DNA of 64,000 bases from an uncultured Bacilli bacterium (GCA_944332435.1 CALVJW010000003.1:1022-65021); one strand, 5' to 3'; counted from the stretch's first letter, positions 20,334 to 28,699 are shown. A program made the numbers and translations. Notes: generated by a model not told the origin, from the letters alone.

Positions 20334-21950
20334 ATGAAAAGAAAGGTAGCAATATATGCAAGAGTTTCAACAGAACATGAAGCTCAATTATCTGCTTTAG
20401 ATAATCAAGTCCAATATTATGATAGTATTTTGAAACAACATCCTGATTGGATTCTATATGATAGATATATCGACGAGGGTATAACTGGCACTTCTACTAA
20501 GAAGAGAAAAAATTTTATGAAAATGCTAGAAGATGCTAAAGAAGGTAAATTTGATTTAATAGTTACTCGTGAAGTATCAAGATTTGCAAGAAACACAGTT
20601 GATACTTTACAAGAAACTAGGAGGCTAAAGAAGATAGGAGTTGAAGTTTATTTTACTGAAGATAATATATGGACATTTAATGATGAAGATGGAGAGTTAA
20701 AACTTACAATAATGGCAACACTTGCTCAAAATGAAAGTAAAAAAACTTCTCAAAGAGTAAAAGCTGGCCAAATGATTTCATTTCAAAATGGAGTGTTCTA
20801 TGGAACAGGTAATATACTTGGATATGATAAAGTAGGTAAAGATTTAGTAGTTAATGAAGAACAAGCTGAAATAGTAAAATTTATTTATTCAGAGTATTTA
20901 AATGGTAAGGGAACAGTTTCTATAGCAGATGAATTAACAAGGAAAGAAGTAAAAACATCAACCGGGCTAACTAACTGGAGTCCGTCTTACATATCAAGAG
21001 TATTAAGAAACCCATTTTATTCAGGTACAATAGTTTATAGGAAATCATATATACCAGATTATCTAGAACAAAAGCCTGAAATGAATTATGGAGAAGTAGA
21101 ACAAGTAATTGTAGAAGGTAAACATGAGCCGCTTGTATCAAAAGAAGACTTTAAAAAAGTTCAAGAAATAATGGATGGTCATTCAAAACAAATTAAACTT
21201 GGTATTAGACGAGCTAAAGGAACTGCTAAAAATATTTGGAGTAAAAAGTTAATATGTGAATGTGGGTCTAATTTCAATAGAAGAGTATATCATAGGAATA
21301 AAACTAACACTACATTTTCTTACGATTGCTATAATAGAAAAATGCATCCTGATAGTAAATATAAAAATACTGATTATAAATTGTGTGAAGTAAAAGAAGT
21401 TCAAGAGTGGAAATTACAATTTATGGCTGAAGCAATTTTTACAAAGCTTACACAAGATACGGATAATAGAAAAGAATTAGTTAATAAATTAATGAATGGA
21501 GTGAAAATAGATGATCATCCAGAGAAAAAAATAAAACAAAGAATTGATAAATTAAATCAATTAATAAAAAAGGAAACAGCAAAATTAGATAAACTAATAG
21601 ATACATATTTAGATGAAACAATAAATATAACAATGTATGATATATTCCAAAAGAAGTTATCAAGTAGAATAGAAAAATATAAAATAGAAATTAGCGAATT
21701 AGAAAAAGAATATAAATCAATAGAACCATTAGAGGTAAGAATTGAAAAGGTAAAAAATAGTATTCGTAAATTATTAGATATTAGTTATAATGGTGTTGAT
21801 GAAAAAATAATAGAAGAATTTGTAGATAAAATAATAGTTCATAAAGATTATTTTGAATGGAAGTTAAATTTTATGAATGAAACAATAAAGTTAGAAATAA
21901 GTGGTAAAAGTAAATCAGATTGCTTTGTTGTGGAATATAAGGAAAAATAA
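20334..21950 (+). CDS. large serine recombinase (resolvase/invertase N-domain, recombinase domain, zinc ribbon, coiled coil)
   Basis: VAIYARVSTEHE (catalytic Ser region), DLIVTREVSRFARN, TLAQNESKKTSQRVKAG, a Cys cluster CECGS...CYNRK, and a long K/E-rich coiled-coil C-terminus. Confidence 0.9.
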   Translation: MKRKVAIYARVSTEHEAQLSALDNQVQYYDSILKQHPDWILYDRYIDEGITGTSTKKRKNFMKMLEDAKEGKFDLIVTREVSRFARNTVDTLQETRRLKKIGVEVYFTEDNIWTFNDEDGELKLTIMATLAQNESKKTSQRVKAGQMISFQNGVFYGTGNILGYDKVGKDLVVNEEQAEIVKFIYSEYLNGKGTVSIADELTRKEVKTSTGLTNWSPSYISRVLRNPFYSGTIVYRKSYIPDYLEQKPEMNYGEVEQVIVEGKHEPLVSKEDFKKVQEIMDGHSKQIKLGIRRAKGTAKNIWSKKLICECGSNFNRRVYHRNKTNTTFSYDCYNRKMHPDSKYKNTDYKLCEVKEVQEWKLQFMAEAIFTKLTQDTDNRKELVNKLMNGVKIDDHPEKKIKQRIDKLNQLIKKETAKLDKLIDTYLDETINITMYDIFQKKLSSRIEKYKIEISELEKEYKSIEPLEVRIEKVKNSIRKLLDISYNGVDEKIIEEFVDKIIVHKDYFEWKLNFMNETIKLEISGKSKSDCFVVEYKEK

Positions 21951-21985
21951 TATTCAGTGGTATAATATAAGAAGGAGATGGTCTC

Positions 21986-23410
21986 ATGGATCAAACATAT
22001 TGTGGTGATTTAATATTTAATAACATAAAATACAAATTCGATTTTAGAAACAATGTTTTAGTTATTATTCCTGATGAATTAGAAGATTATACAAAATGGC
22101 ATTTTAAAAATATAGGTAGTAAAGATAAATTTGAACGAGTAAATGTTGAAGGTACTACTAACAATGGTTTTTATATTTGTTTTATTCATGTTAAATTTTC
22201 ACATATGGGAAGGGGAATATTACAAGCGTTTGTACCTGGATATGTTATTTGCAAAGCCGTTGGAGTAAGTCCTCTTCCTAAATGTGAAGAAATTAGTAAA
22301 ATAAGATTTTTCGGTGAATGTTTAGATAGATTCTATTATCCAAAAAGAATAATTAAAACCAGTGATTTTTTTCAGTCAAATGATATAACTTTAGAGGTGA
22401 ATAAAAATAAACTTAAAACAGATAATTTTATTATTAATAAAGATGTATTTAAATTTGGAGTAGCATGGAAAATTCCTTTTAGTTCTAATATTAATGTTGT
22501 TCTTGATGTTGAATCATTTTTAGAAATTGAATTTAATACTAAACAAAACATAGATGAAATTGTTGAGTATTATTTAAAGGTAAAAAAATTCTTTTCTTTT
22601 ATAAATAATAGAAAATATATAAAATTCAATAAAGTTATAGCATATACTACTATTCCGGTAAACTACGGAATAAAACGAGATGATATTAGAAACGAAGAAT
22701 TTAAATTTGAATTCTATTTTGTAGATCCTGATGAGAAATATGATTTAGATAAAGCTAATAATTCAATTCATTTAGAAGATTTAGACAATAAATTTTCGAA
22801 AATATATAAGTTAGTTACTAATAAGGATTTTTTGACAGAATATTATCCATTAAGTATATCAGATAATAATTATGTGGATAATGATAAATATGTTAATGTT
22901 GCTAGAGCATTTGAATCTGAATTTGATAAATTGTATCCAAAATTCAAAGCAAAGACGAGTGAAGAATATAATGCTGTAAAAAAAGCGTTATTGAAATGTT
23001 TATCAAATAAGAAGAATAATGCTAATTTAGCAATAAAAAAAGAGAAAGATATAAAATATAATAAAAAGATTATAAAAGAATGTAACTATTTTAATAAAAT
23101 TATTAGCAAAATGGAAGGGAGTTTGTCAGAAAAAGTAACATACTCTTTAAGAAAATATAAAGAGATTATTTCTAATAAAAAGAAGTTAATGCTAAATAAT
23201 TATCAAATTACCAAAATAAAAGATGGAGTTTTAGCTGACAAATTTAAAGAAAGAAGAAATGCTATTTCACATGGAAGTTCTGCTAATGCTTTTACTGATA
23301 TAGAAGTAATAGCATATGAACTAGTAAGAATGTGTATATATTGTATAACATTAGAAAGATGTAAAATGTCAGAGGAAAAAATAGATAATATAGTTAGTAA
23401 AATATTTTAA
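21986..23410 (+). CDS. HEPN-motif protein, ApeA-like architecture (beta-rich N-domain plus C-terminal HEPN)
   Basis: 474 aa. The C-terminal helical region carries KERRNAISHG, which is R-N-x3-H and so fits the HEPN Rx4-6H RNase motif with the typical polar residue after Arg. Size and layout resemble single-gene ApeA defence proteins. The assignment was made without a profile search. Confidence 0.5.
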   Translation: MDQTYCGDLIFNNIKYKFDFRNNVLVIIPDELEDYTKWHFKNIGSKDKFERVNVEGTTNNGFYICFIHVKFSHMGRGILQAFVPGYVICKAVGVSPLPKCEEISKIRFFGECLDRFYYPKRIIKTSDFFQSNDITLEVNKNKLKTDNFIINKDVFKFGVAWKIPFSSNINVVLDVESFLEIEFNTKQNIDEIVEYYLKVKKFFSFINNRKYIKFNKVIAYTTIPVNYGIKRDDIRNEEFKFEFYFVDPDEKYDLDKANNSIHLEDLDNKFSKIYKLVTNKDFLTEYYPLSISDNNYVDNDKYVNVARAFESEFDKLYPKFKAKTSEEYNAVKKALLKCLSNKKNNANLAIKKEKDIKYNKKIIKECNYFNKIISKMEGSLSEKVTYSLRKYKEIISNKKKLMLNNYQITKIKDGVLADKFKERRNAISHGSSANAFTDIEVIAYELVRMCIYCITLERCKMSEEKIDNIVSKIF

Positions 23411-23557
23411 AAAAAATAAGTTATTTTAGTCAAAATAGAACGGTATATCGTTCTTTATAGTATTCCTAAGTATTTTGTGGCACAAGCTGCAGTCAAATCT
23501 GCTGGAAAAAATTAATAGAACATAAAAATACTTGCTGTTAAATTAATTCTTATAAAG

Positions 23558-23585
23558 GACGATAAAACAAAATCGTCTTTTTTTA
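23558..23585 (+). terminator. rho-independent terminator downstream of the HEPN-motif gene
   Basis: Hairpin ggacgat-aaaacaaa-atcgtc followed by T8. A weaker hairpin (agaacg/cgttct) lies at 23437-23454. Confidence 0.6.
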
Positions 23586-23589
23586 TTGA

Positions 23590-23920
23590 AGAAGACGATA
23601 ATAGATTAAATTTAGAATTAATATGTGATGAATATGATAGTCCAATATATTACTAGAGTTATTACAGAGTATGAATCAAAAAAGAAAGCAATCGTTTTGG
23701 TAAATAAGTATAAAGACTACAATTAGTGAGAAAAATTAAATTTTCAAAGTTTAGAACGAACTACGCAAGAGCAGAAAATATTCAAGAATTTTTAGAGAAT
23801 AATTTAGATTCAAAATAGTTATTATCAAAAGAAGAAATTGAGTGGGTAACAACTTATCTTTGAGAAATGAAAAAGTATTTTTACACGTTACTACATCTAT
23901 TGTAATAAATATTGGATATT
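23590..23920 (+). pseudogene. decayed gene fragment; its C-terminal part is homologous to the fragment at 27267-27366
   Basis: The reading frame is broken by several stops (..KFSKFRTNYARAENIQEFLENNLDSK*LLSKEEIEWVTTYL*EMKKYF..). It shares the 20-nt string atgaaaaagtatttttaca and an EEIEW peptide with 27267-27366. Confidence 0.35.
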
Positions 23921-24167
23921 TGCATAAAGATTCTTTTTAGAAGAAAGAACAGAGCAAGTTAGTGATAATAAAAAACAAAATGTATAAAATATAAATATAT
24001 AATAAAGACAATCTTGAGGAGTGATAGATTATCACTTTTTTATTATGATTTAGAACGATGAATAGTAAGGCATTTTTCACAAGAAGTAATGAGATGGTTA
24101 ATACGAACATTTCATTGACAATGTACCTTTTTATGTTATAATAACAAAACAAAAGGAGGAAATTTTT
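23921..24167 (+). repeat. terminator-promoter cassette, copy 1 (paralogous to 25934-26211)
   Basis: Roughly 80% similar by eye to copy 2: agattcttttt-agaaga..., aaaacaaaatgtat.aaatataaata, and hairpin gaggagtgat...atcac(t)ctttt, followed by a TTGACA-16-TATAAT promoter. Confidence 0.7.
24115..24142 (+). promoter_or_regulatory. sigma-A type promoter of repeat-protein gene 1
   Basis: TTGACA (24115-24120), 16-nt spacer with TGt extended -10, then TATAAT (24137-24142). RBS aaaggagga follows. Confidence 0.6.
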
Positions 24168-25907
24168 ATGTTCGAAGAAGACCTAGAAATACTAAAAATT
24201 TTAAACTGTAATAATGCATCGATGATTTTTAATTACGCTACAGGAAATAGAAGAATGAGTAAAGAAGTATTAGAGAAACTTGAGGATGCGATTATAGCAA
24301 CAGAATATGCAATGTACATTTGTTTTTTTGCAAAAAATATAGAAGGGGCAAATATAGCAAAGCTAGAAGACGCCATTATAGAGATTGGAGATGCCAAATA
24401 TATTTATCATTTTGCAAGGGATATAGAAGAAGCAAATATAGCAAAACTCGAAGATGCCATTATAAAAACTGGAAGTATAGACTATATTTTTGATTTTGTA
24501 AAAAATGTAACAGGAGTAAATATTGAAAAATTCGAAGATGCTATTATAAAAACTGGAAAATTAAGTACTATCAGTCGTTTTGCAACAGAGGTAGAAGGAG
24601 TAAATATTGAAAAATTAGAAAAAGCAATTATAGCAATAGGAAGAGCAGACTTTATTTTTTTGTTTGCAAAAGATGTAGACGGAGCCTATATAGCAAAACT
24701 AGAAGACGCCATTATAGTAACAGGAAATGCTGAATATATTTATAGGTTTGCACGTGAGATAAAAGGAGCAAATTTTGAAAAATTAGAAAATGCCATTATA
24801 GTAACAGGAAATGCCGAATATATTTATAAGTTTGCTAGAGATGTAAAAAGAGCAAATGTTGGAAAATTAGAAGAGACTATTATAGCAACAGGAAATGCTG
24901 AATATATTTATAAGTTTGCTAGAGATGTAAAAAGAGCAAATGTTGGAAAATTAGAAGAGACTATTATAGCAACAGGAGACGCCGAATACATTTGTGAGTT
25001 TGCAAAAAATGTAACAGGAGCAGATATGCCAAAATTAGGAGAAGCAATCATAGCAACAGGAGACGCCAAATACATTTGTGAGTTTGCAAAAAATGTAACA
25101 GGAGCAGATATGCCAAAATTAGGAGAAGCAATCATAGCAACAGGGAAAGCCGAATATATTTATAAGTTTGCAATGGAAACAAAAAGAGCAAATATAGCAA
25201 AATTAGAAGAAGCAATGATAGCGACAGGAAATGCCAAATATATTTATCTCTTTGCAAGAATCGGTGTAGTATATGAAAGTGAAATAATCAGTTTACCAAA
25301 ATTAGAAGAAGCTATTATAAATACAGGAGATGCAAAATATATTTATAAGTTTGCAAAAGAAGTAAAAGGGGCAAATATATCAAGATTAGAAGATGTAATT
25401 ATAGCAACAGGAGACGCTGAATATATTTATTGTTTTGCAAGAGACGTAGAAAGAGTAGTTATCGCAAAACTAGGATCTGTTATTATATCAATAGGGGACG
25501 CCGAATATATTTATAAGTTTGCCAAAGATGTAAAAAGAGCAAATATTGAGAAATTAGAAGAAGCTATCATGGCAACGAGAAATGTAAAATATATTTGTAG
25601 GTTTGCCAAAGATGTAAAAGGAACAAATATTGCAAAATTAGAAGATGCAATTATAGCAACAGGGAATGCCAATGATATTTATTGTTTTGCACTCGTTGTA
25701 GGAGACGCCAATATAATAAAACTAGAAGATGCAATTATAGCAACAGAGGATGCTGAATATATTAACTCTTTTGCAAGAGATGTAATCGGAGCAAATATAG
25801 AAAAATTAGAAGAAGCGATTCAAAAAGTCGAAGAAAATACAAAAATAATAAAGAAAATTCAGAGAAAATTTCAAATTTATCAGAAGAAAAAACGTGAAAA
25901 TGATTAA
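24168..25907 (+). CDS. tandem-repeat protein, about 18 copies of a 28-aa predicted helix-turn-helix-hairpin repeat (family not recognised)
   Basis: 579 aa. The consensus unit is LEDAIIATGNAEYIYKFARDVKGANIAK repeated head to tail. There is no signal peptide or TM segment. The gene has a strong RBS and promoter. Confidence 0.85.
   Translation: MFEEDLEILKILNCNNASMIFNYATGNRRMSKEVLEKLEDAIIATEYAMYICFFAKNIEGANIAKLEDAIIEIGDAKYIYHFARDIEEANIAKLEDAIIKTGSIDYIFDFVKNVTGVNIEKFEDAIIKTGKLSTISRFATEVEGVNIEKLEKAIIAIGRADFIFLFAKDVDGAYIAKLEDAIIVTGNAEYIYRFAREIKGANFEKLENAIIVTGNAEYIYKFARDVKRANVGKLEETIIATGNAEYIYKFARDVKRANVGKLEETIIATGDAEYICEFAKNVTGADMPKLGEAIIATGDAKYICEFAKNVTGADMPKLGEAIIATGKAEYIYKFAMETKRANIAKLEEAMIATGNAKYIYLFARIGVVYESEIISLPKLEEAIINTGDAKYIYKFAKEVKGANISRLEDVIIATGDAEYIYCFARDVERVVIAKLGSVIISIGDAEYIYKFAKDVKRANIEKLEEAIMATRNVKYICRFAKDVKGTNIAKLEDAIIATGNANDIYCFALVVGDANIIKLEDAIIATEDAEYINSFARDVIGANIEKLEEAIQKVEENTKIIKKIQRKFQIYQKKKREND
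24816..25145 (+). repeat. two pairs of (near-)perfect 84-bp tandem duplications inside the repeat-protein gene
   Basis: 24816-24893 equals 24900-24977 (offset 84 nt, identical). 24978-25061 versus 25062-25145 differ at one base (E->K). Confidence 0.9.
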
Positions 25908-25933
25908 ATAACTTAGTGAATTCGCATACTATT

Positions 25934-26211
25934 TACATAGAGATTCTTTTTTAGAAGAAGAATCATCTCAAGCTAGTAATGATAAAAACAAAATGTATCA
26001 AATATAAATAATATGACTATATATAGTAAAACATTGTGAGGAGTGATTGCTCATCACTCTTTTATTATGTTTTAGAACGATAGATATTTTGTAGTTGACA
26101 ACAATATTGGTAGTGAGTTTTACCAAAAGAAACAACACAATGATTGAAATTATCTTTCGTTGACAAAATAACTTTTTATGCTATAATAACATGCAAAAGG
26201 AAGGGAATTAT
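25934..26211 (+). repeat. terminator-promoter cassette, copy 2
   Basis: Paralogous to 23921-24167. It has the hairpin gagtgat-tgctc-atcactc at 26041-26059 and the promoter TTGACA (26160-26165)-16 nt-TATAAT (26182-26187). Confidence 0.7.
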
Positions 26212-27234
26212 ATGGCTAGTGAAGAAACAAGAATACAAGAAATTTTTAATTATATACGAGAAAAAAAATATAATAGTAAAGAAGAATTAAGTAAATTAGA
26301 AGATGAGATTATAATGACTGGAGATGCTCAATACATCTATGAGCTTATGAGAGATGTTATAAGATTAAACCTTGATGGAATAAATATATCAAAGTTAGAA
26401 GATGCCATTATAAAAGCTGGGGATGTAGGATATATGTACCGTTTTGCTGGCTATGCTGTTGATTCCAAATTTAAAGGGGTAAATATTTGGAAAATAGAAG
26501 ATGCCATTATAAAAACTGGAAATGTTGAATATATTTATTATTTTGCTGGTATTACAGGCGCTAATATCGCAAAACTCGAAGATGCACTTATAGAAATAGG
26601 AAATGTTGAATATATTTATTATTTTGCAAAAAGCGTAAAAGGATCAAATATTGAAAAATTAGAAAATGCCATTATAGCTACAAAAAATATAGAATATATT
26701 TGTAAGTTTGCAAGATACGTAAAAGGATCAAATATTGAAAAAATAGAAGATGGTATTATAAAAACTGAGGATGCAAGATGCATTTATGAATTCGTAATTT
26801 CTACTATAGGGCTTCATATTAAAGGAATAAATATGCTAAAGTTAGAGGACGCCATTATAGCAACAGGGAATGCTGAATATATTTATAAGTTTGCTCGTAA
26901 CATTGCTGGAGCAAATATTGCAAAATTAGAAGACACTATTATAGCAACCGGAAATGCTCAATATATTTATTATTTTTTTAGAGTTGCTGGAGCAAATATT
27001 ACAAAGCTGGAAGAAGCATTATTAAAAACTGGAAACGCAAAATATATGTATTTTTTAGTAGGATATATTGAGGATTCAAAATTTGAAGGCATAAATATTG
27101 CGAAATTAGAAGATGCCATTATAGCAACCGGAGACGCCGAATATATTTATTGGTTTGCATGTAACGTTGATGGAGCAAATATTGCAAAATTAATAAATGA
27201 CGAAAGAGATTCAAAAGTATTGAAAAAATTATGA
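26212..27234 (+). CDS. tandem-repeat protein paralog, about 10 copies of the same 27-33-aa repeat
   Basis: Same unit as the upstream gene (LEDAIIATGNAEYIYKFARNIAGANIAK). Some units carry a 5-aa insertion (..DSKFKGVNI..). The ATG at 26212 sits behind RBS aaggaaggg. Confidence 0.85.
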   Translation: MASEETRIQEIFNYIREKKYNSKEELSKLEDEIIMTGDAQYIYELMRDVIRLNLDGINISKLEDAIIKAGDVGYMYRFAGYAVDSKFKGVNIWKIEDAIIKTGNVEYIYYFAGITGANIAKLEDALIEIGNVEYIYYFAKSVKGSNIEKLENAIIATKNIEYICKFARYVKGSNIEKIEDGIIKTEDARCIYEFVISTIGLHIKGINMLKLEDAIIATGNAEYIYKFARNIAGANIAKLEDTIIATGNAQYIYYFFRVAGANITKLEEALLKTGNAKYMYFLVGYIEDSKFEGINIAKLEDAIIATGDAEYIYWFACNVDGANIAKLINDERDSKVLKKL

Positions 27235-27266
27235 TAAAAATTTAAATAAAAAAACTTATTATATTA

Positions 27267-27366
27267 AAAAGAAATCGAATGGTTAGCTAATTTGTCTTTG
27301 GCGGATGAAAAAGTATTTTTACATGCTGCTGTATCTATTGCAAAAATAAGAGAATTAAAATGATAA
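27267..27366 (+). pseudogene. orphan C-terminal gene fragment, homologous to 23828-23912
   Basis: Translates as KEIEWLANLSLADEKVFLHAAVSIAKIRELK* with no upstream ORF. It matches the decayed fragment upstream of repeat gene 1. Confidence 0.35.
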
Positions 27367-27461
27367 AGTTACTTTTAATCTTGCTAGTTTAGATGTCATC
27401 TTTATTGAAAAAATTTATCAAATATGACTGTAGTATCAACAACACCATAGTGTAAAATAAT

Positions 27462-27492
27462 AAAAAAGTAACATGAATTTGTTACTTTTTTT
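27462..27492. terminator. bidirectional terminator at the right edge of the island
   Basis: aaaaaagtaac-atgaattt-gttactttttt, with A and T runs on both sides. Confidence 0.6.
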
Positions 27493-27540
27493 CATATTGA
27501 TAATAGAAATATGTTACAATAAAGTTGGAAGGTGAAAAAA

Positions 27541-28440
27541 ATGAATATACTATGTATTGGACATGCAGCATATGATACAACAGTACCTGTATTAAATTTC
27601 CCAGAGGAAAATACCAAAAATCGAGTACCTGAAAGACTTGGTAATGGGGGAGGACCTGCTAACAATGCGGCATATTTACTTGGCAAATGGGGAATGAATA
27701 CTTATTTTGCAGGAATTGTTGGCGATGATCAGGACGGAAGAAAAATAGAGGAAGAGTTAAAACAGGTTGGAGTAAATACAAAGTATTTAGAGTTTAATAA
27801 AGAACATACGACGACTTCCAGCTTTATTATAGCAAATCAGAAAAATGGTTCTAGAACGATTATGACATATCGACCTAGTCATATGGCAATGACAGATGTT
27901 TCGGTCACGGAAGATATCGATGTAATATTAGTTGATGGACAAGAATATGAATTTTCGAAAAAGATGTTAGAGCAATATCCTAATGCAATATCAATTATTG
28001 ATGCAGGAAGACCAGTAGAAGAGGTAATTGACTTGTGCCACAAAGTAAATTATGTTGTTTGTTCTAAAGAATTTGCAGAAACAGTAGCAAATACCAAAAT
28101 AGAAATGGATCATTTTGAAACTTTGACTCAAACTTTAGAAACTTTAGAACAGTTATTTCATACAACCATTGTAATTACATTAGAGGCAAATGGTTGTTTA
28201 TATCGTGAATCTGGGGTTGTAAAAATAATGCCTTCATTGGAAGTAACACCAGTTGACTCAACCGGTGCGGGTGATATTTTTCATGGAGCATTTACATATG
28301 CGATTAGTAATCATTATTCTTTCGAAGATAGTTTGCGAATTGCTTGTATAGCTGGAGCAATATCGGTAACAAGACTTGGTAGTAGAAGATCGATGCCAGA
28401 AAAAGAAGAAATGAAGAAGTATTTTTATGAGTTTAAATAA
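27541..28440 (+). CDS. PfkB-family carbohydrate kinase (ribokinase-like)
   Basis: N-terminus ILCIGHAAYD, GGGPANNAAYLLGKWG, and C-terminal DSTGAGDIFHGAF (the PfkB signature). Confidence 0.85.
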   Translation: MNILCIGHAAYDTTVPVLNFPEENTKNRVPERLGNGGGPANNAAYLLGKWGMNTYFAGIVGDDQDGRKIEEELKQVGVNTKYLEFNKEHTTTSSFIIANQKNGSRTIMTYRPSHMAMTDVSVTEDIDVILVDGQEYEFSKKMLEQYPNAISIIDAGRPVEEVIDLCHKVNYVVCSKEFAETVANTKIEMDHFETLTQTLETLEQLFHTTIVITLEANGCLYRESGVVKIMPSLEVTPVDSTGAGDIFHGAFTYAISNHYSFEDSLRIACIAGAISVTRLGSRRSMPEKEEMKKYFYEFK

Positions 28441-28699
28441 TATAATATTTGTAGATCATTATCCCAAGTTAGACTTACATGGAGAAACGACTGAAACTGC
28501 ACGTGTATTAATTCAAGATTTTATTCGCGATAATATAAAATTAAAACAAAAGATTATCGTGATTGTTCACGGAGTTGGAAGTGGAGCAATTAGACAAGCT
28601 ACACGGGATACTTTAAGAAAGAATAAAAATGTTTTAGATTACAAGACTTTTTATTATAATAATGGGTGCACAGTAGTAGAATTGAAAATTGACTTTTAA
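28427..28699 (+). CDS. Smr domain-containing protein
   Basis: LDLHGETTETAR...IVHGVGSGAIRQATRDTLRKNKNV matches the Smr/MutS2 C-terminal domain. 90 aa. Confidence 0.8.
   Translation: MSLNNIIFVDHYPKLDLHGETTETARVLIQDFIRDNIKLKQKIIVIVHGVGSGAIRQATRDTLRKNKNVLDYKTFYYNNGCTVVELKIDF

Larger units (their letters stand above)
18497..27492 (+). mobile_element. accessory island (degenerate integrative element with cargo); boundaries approximate
   Basis: It lies between the core ppdK terminator and the bidirectional terminator upstream of a PfkB kinase. It contains a serine recombinase, a regulator module, a HEPN-motif protein, duplicated repeat-protein genes and decayed gene fragments. It is visibly more A+T-rich than the flanking core genes. 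Confidence 0.55.

Noticed and set aside
23937-24152. 71-aa minus-strand ORF upstream of repeat gene 1
   Set aside because: It lies across the duplicated terminator-promoter cassette. The homologous copy at 25934-26211 does not keep the frame open, and no RBS is present.
24270-25830. Regular 84-bp periodic DNA repeats that could be mistaken for a CRISPR array or minisatellite
   Set aside because: The repeats are contiguous with no unique spacers. They lie entirely in-frame inside a long ORF with an RBS and promoter, and they translate to a coherent 28-aa protein repeat. No cas genes are nearby.
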